Assembly: GCA_965220085.1 (NCBI GenBank)
Contig: CBDCOZ010000002.1
Location: 64,001-128,000 of the forward strand
Direction of reading: 5' to 3'
From: Candidatus Oxydemutatoraceae bacterium
GTDB lineage: Bacteria; Pseudomonadota; Gammaproteobacteria; Poriferisulfidales; Oxydemutatoraceae
Length of the DNA stretch: 64,000 nucleotides
Numbering within the stretch: the first letter of the stretch is position 1; each line of letters begins with the position of its first letter. This document shows positions 60,007-64,000 of this stretch, one piece after another. A program made the position numbers and the translations under genes. The notes under the pieces are model-generated. The model was not told where the DNA came from and did no database searches. It saw nothing but the letters and a program-made list of their open reading frames with translations.

Positions 60007-61257
60007 TTATTCTTCGCTCTTCGCCTGTTTCTCTCGGATTTTCTCTAGGCGGCGCGTAGCTTCGGCTTGCGCTTGTGCCAAATCACCAGCAGATAATAAC
60101 TTGGCATTATTATTCCGGTATTTCACTGAGTCTTCCTCCCCATTCGCCGCTGCAATGGAGTGCCAGATATACGCTTCCTTGTAGTTTTGCGCAACGCCCT
60201 GACCCTTGTGATACATCACGCCGAGATTAAATTGTGCATCGGCGGTTCCCTGTTCGGCAGCAAGGCGATACCACTTTACCGCCTCCTTATCGTTTTGCAC
60301 GACGCCCTGACCGTTGTCATACATCACGCCGAGATTAAATTGTGCATCGGCATCTCCCTGTTCGGCAGCGCGTCGATACCACTTTACCGCCTCTTTATCG
60401 TTTTGCACGACGCCCTGACCGTTGTCATACATCACGCCGAGATTAAATTGTGCATCGGCATCTCCCTGTTTGGCAGCAAGGCGATACCACTTCATCGCCT
60501 CCGCATAATCTTGCGCAACGCCCTGACCGTCGTGATACATCAAGCCGAGATTGTTTTGTGCGATGGCGGTTCCCTGTTCGGCAGCAAGGCGATACCACTT
60601 GAGCGCTTGCGCAAAATCTTTCTCAACGCCTTGTCCGTTTTGATACATCACGCCAAGATTAAATTGCGCATTGGTATGTCCCTGTTCGGCGGCGCGTCGA
60701 AGCCATCTCTCCGCTTCCTTATAGTCTTGCACAACGCTTTGGCCGTTGTAATACATCACACCGAGATCATTTTGTGCTTTAGCGTCTCCCGCTTCCGCCT
60801 TTTCTTTGATTTCGGCGAAAGAATCACCTTCCGCGGCTGTCTTGGCTATTGGTTCTGCCCCACTTTTCTCTTTATCAGTGGTAGCCGAATCAGACGCTGG
60901 ATCTTTTGTGGTTAATCTCTCATCTACTTTTGTCTTCTCAAGAGAGGCGGTTGTCGTAGACTTCTGTTCCAACATATGTCGTTTCGGGTAGGCCTCTATG
61001 CCTCCACCTCCAATTTTCTTTATTCGGCTAATAGTTTCGCTTACTTCCTCGTAGAATTTGTTCACGAACCAGACGAGAACTCCGACGATTATGATGGTGA
61101 CAACAACGGGTGAGGACAGACTAGAGTCCACCAGCTGGATGAATTCGTCTTGGATTCCGATGAGGTTAGCGAGCCAGAGAGAAAGGAAAGCGACGGCGAC
61201 AAAAACGACGACGGCGAGCGCAATGGTGAAAACGACGATGGCGATTCTTTTGTACAT
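60007..61257 (-). CDS. Sel1-like repeat protein with N-terminal 2TM anchor (paralog of 35186-36790)
   Basis: ~6 SLRs, two of them near-identical 108-bp copies; shared N- and C-termini. Confidence 0.92.
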   Translation of the reverse strand: MYKRIAIVVFTIALAVVVFVAVAFLSLWLANLIGIQDEFIQLVDSSLSSPVVVTIIIVGVLVWFVNKFYEEVSETISRIKKIGGGGIEAYPKRHMLEQKSTTTASLEKTKVDERLTTKDPASDSATTDKEKSGAEPIAKTAAEGDSFAEIKEKAEAGDAKAQNDLGVMYYNGQSVVQDYKEAERWLRRAAEQGHTNAQFNLGVMYQNGQGVEKDFAQALKWYRLAAEQGTAIAQNNLGLMYHDGQGVAQDYAEAMKWYRLAAKQGDADAQFNLGVMYDNGQGVVQNDKEAVKWYRRAAEQGDADAQFNLGVMYDNGQGVVQNDKEAVKWYRLAAEQGTADAQFNLGVMYHKGQGVAQNYKEAYIWHSIAAANGEEDSVKYRNNNAKLLSAGDLAQAQAEATRRLEKIREKQAKSEE

Positions 61258-61479
61258 TCGGTTTTTCCTTTGGCAGAATTCTATCACTTCTCCGTAGTGT
61301 ATCCCCTCTCCAGCGAGCGAAGCTCGCTGACTCTCCCGCAAGGGGAGAGTGCTACCAGTGCGAGCAACTTAAATATGCTTATTCCACCGCATTAATCAAG
61401 ACTCTCCCGCAAGGGGGAGCACACAGTGCGAGGGAGGCGGTTGAGCAAGCGGGTTAGGAGAGGCAATTAAGCAAGCAGG

Positions 61480-64000
61480 CTAGGAGGCGAGGGTGGCTTC
61501 AATAATATCCTGCATATAGTTTTGCTCATCCAAAAAGTACACGCCATCGCGTTTCCATTGCTCCAGCGGACGCTGCTCTCCTATATTCCCTCGCGCAGTC
61601 ACGGACAATATGTATGCATGCAAATGAATACTGGAATCCTTCTCGCGTATTTTTTGCTCTATACCCTTGATGTTGTGGTGTAACTGCACCTTTCTTTTCT
61701 CCTTGTCGCCATACCTGCTTAACCCCTTGGGGTCCAGAAAGACGACATGTTGCTGCGTGCCCTTTTTCAGCCATATTATGAAGTCGGGGTAATAATGAAA
61801 ATCATCAAAGAATGACACACCCCGCCCGCGACTCATGTTGCGTAGCAGATACAGCTCCCAACCCTGAAGGCAGGAATTTTCTTCCCCGGCTAGTTCCACC
61901 AGAGAGTCAACAGCCTTTTTCTCATCCGGGTTCAAGGCAACCGGCTGTACGGTTATCTGGCAATCTTTAAGGGCAGACAGCAGGGGCTTGTACGCATGGA
62001 TGTCCGTCATAATGGCACCCACACCCACACCAGTGGCATAAGGGCTCACACCAGTGGCATAAGGGCTAATACTGCGTCCTGTTCTTCTCAAGTTTTCTTC
62101 CAGCCGCTTCACATCCCGTATCAGTTTCTCCTGTGCGGCACTGACCAGCAACTTGTACTCCTTGACAATGTTAGGGTGGTTTTTATCCAGCTTGACCACC
62201 TCAAGATGTTCTTTTTCCCATTTGCTTCGGCGGGTGCGCCAAAGCCTCTCGGCGTATCGGGTAATCAAGTCTATGGCCAAATCTTCCAGTTCGCGCAGTG
62301 CTGACAAATCATTAATCACATTACGACGATTCGGTGGCATGTATAGCTCATACCAGCCTGTCTGCTCTAAAAACCTGTCTATCGCCTGCCGTTCAATCGT
62401 CAGGTTGTGCCAATTGTTGCGGCGTTTGTGCTCCAGCAGTTTTTCATAGATACGCGCCTTGTCAAAAAAACCGGTTTGCCAAGGTTCCAGATTCATCTTG
62501 ACTTCATCTGCCTCCGGCACATCCCCTACCGAGCCAGAATCAACCTTCTGCAAAGACGAATACAGGTTCAGCACCACCGGTTCAGCATCTTTTGCGGGGC
62601 CGCAAAGTACCGGTCGCTCCGCAGAGCATTCAAACTTTTCGCCACCCTTGACGCGAATCAGCTTCAGGCCCTTTTGCCTGCCAAAATTCCATGCAACCGG
62701 CAACGTGAAAATTTTCAGCTCTGTATCTATGCCCGCTTCTTCCATCAGCGTTTTAAAAGTCTGCATATAGTTCGCCCGCAGACCGAAAATATTCAGCGTC
62801 TCCAGCTTGACCAGATCCGTACCGTCTGATGGCAATTCAGCGCCGCTTTTCTGGTGCCGTTTCAGGCTCATCTTCCAGCCGCGCAAGCGCACACCACGGC
62901 CGAACATCTGAATTATCTCCGGCCCCTCGCCGACACCCACATGCATCAGCCCCATGGTGCTGACGCGCCAGGAATTCCAGCCAGCGATAAATCGCCGTGC
63001 GCCGATGACGATATTGACTGTGGAATCCGGGCGGTCTACATCTGCAAACAAGCGCTTTGCGAAGCCGGCCTCGCGTTCTATTTTCAGGTCAGGGTTGCCC
63101 AACTCTGTCAGCAGTTTGTGCAATTTGGTGGAATCGCCAACATTAACCACGCCGAAGGTAGGGTTATCACCACAGCGCAAATGCATCTCGCCTTCGCCCC
63201 TGGCCAGATACGCCACATGCAGGTGCCCGCGCCCGTGAAACAATGCCATGCATATATCGTCATATATGTTAGTTGTCTTACACTGCTTCAGATAATCAAA
63301 GCGGCCAGAAAAATAATCCTTGCCAGCTTCATCGTGCAACCCGGTTTTACCCTGCAACAGGGCATCAATTACAGGTTGCACATTGTCGGCATGCGCCAGT
63401 ACCCAGCCGAGAAAATCCAGTATACGCACCACATCAGAAGTCGTCTCTTTGGCCGCATTGCTGGAGCCGATAACAGTCCTGCCAAGGAACACCCACAGCG
63501 GTCTGGTAATGTTGAAGTCCTGCCACTGTGCCCCTTTGTCCTGCCAAATACGATACTGCTGGTAAAAAATCAGCAGGCACCCCAGCAGATAAATGTTGCT
63601 GTTGTGCTCTCCCATATCTTCCTGCAGGTTGGATATGGAGTAGTCTTTGCCGTAGCCATCCTGGTGAAAGTGGCGATAGGCGTAATCAAACAGCAGGCAC
63701 TTACCGTAGAAGGCCAGCATCTCTTTGTCCTTGCCCGCCACCTGGTTGAAGGTGGCGGAATACTCAAATGTGAAGCCGCCTCGTGCCAACTCCTTGCGCC
63801 GCTTGCGCCACACCCTGCCGGATGCGCCCAGATGCCCCTCATCCACCAATACCAGATTGTCATCACCGAAAGCACTGGATGCGACGCGCTTGATGCCCTT
63901 TTTCTCAGCCAGTTTGTTCAGGTCAATGATCTCTATATGCCGGAATAGCCCGGGTCTGGCATCAGCAGAGAACAGCCGTGCCTCCAGACCACTGTGCTTC
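61480..64000 (-). CDS. Type III Res-like DEAD-box helicase-nuclease (5' end outside window)
   Basis: IIDLNKL, LVDEGH, FEYSATF, GWNSWRVS.MGL, QMFGRGVRL and YYPDFI..FLDPKG. Confidence 0.88.
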   Translation of the reverse strand, partial: KHSGLEARLFSADARPGLFRHIEIIDLNKLAEKKGIKRVASSAFGDDNLVLVDEGHLGASGRVWRKRRKELARGGFTFEYSATFNQVAGKDKEMLAFYGKCLLFDYAYRHFHQDGYGKDYSISNLQEDMGEHNSNIYLLGCLLIFYQQYRIWQDKGAQWQDFNITRPLWVFLGRTVIGSSNAAKETTSDVVRILDFLGWVLAHADNVQPVIDALLQGKTGLHDEAGKDYFSGRFDYLKQCKTTNIYDDICMALFHGRGHLHVAYLARGEGEMHLRCGDNPTFGVVNVGDSTKLHKLLTELGNPDLKIEREAGFAKRLFADVDRPDSTVNIVIGARRFIAGWNSWRVSTMGLMHVGVGEGPEIIQMFGRGVRLRGWKMSLKRHQKSGAELPSDGTDLVKLETLNIFGLRANYMQTFKTLMEEAGIDTELKIFTLPVAWNFGRQKGLKLIRVKGGEKFECSAERPVLCGPAKDAEPVVLNLYSSLQKVDSGSVGDVPEADEVKMNLEPWQTGFFDKARIYEKLLEHKRRNNWHNLTIERQAIDRFLEQTGWYELYMPPNRRNVINDLSALRELEDLAIDLITRYAERLWRTRRSKWEKEHLEVVKLDKNHPNIVKEYKLLVSAAQEKLIRDVKRLEENLRRTGRSISPYATGVSPYATGVGVGAIMTDIHAYKPLLSALKDCQITVQPVALNPDEKKAVDSLVELAGEENSCLQGWELYLLRNMSRGRGVSFFDDFHYYPDFIIWLKKGTQQHVVFLDPKGLSRYGDKEKRKVQLHHNIKGIEQKIREKDSSIHLHAYILSVTARGNIGEQRPLEQWKRDGVYFLDEQNYMQDIIEATLAS

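Noticed and set aside
35040-64000. Integron, prophage or IS-bounded element
   Set aside because: No IntI, phage structural genes or transposase recognised; the palindromes lack evident attC RYYYAAC/GTTRRRY ends.

Overview
Chromosomal replication-origin region of a GC-rich gammaproteobacterium: recF'-dnaN-dnaA | rpmH-rnpA-yidC-DUF3750-mnmE, followed by an ATP-dependent ligase, two secreted Ig/cadherin-like paralogs, a hydrolase, tas, a chorismatase-like gene and mutM. After mutM come a 13-kb array of TPR-2TM and RCC1/BLIP-II-like genes, ctpA, and a ~29-kb defence island. The island holds three Type III-like RM loci, a NotI-like/Dam pair, GmrSD, Schlafen/AlbA_2, Fic, HigBA, AAA-DUF4143, Imm and Sel1 proteins. 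The eukaryote-like repeat proteins plus many RM systems suggest a host-associated (e.g. sponge) symbiont, which is inference only. The most striking property is pervasive local tandem duplication centred on gene ends, with units from 12 bp to kilobases and no transposase or integrase in view. Several arrays form chains of translationally coupled mini-ORFs, notably 14 x 113 bp lipoprotein-signal units after yidC. Other notable items are RCC1-like propellers with near-invariant framework DNA and hypervariable loops, a poly-C27 phase switch, and a shared C-terminal LRLRxFLE(G/D)PLR motif. No rRNA, tRNA, CRISPR or reverse transcriptase was seen. All assignments come from motif recognition by eye; no searches were run.
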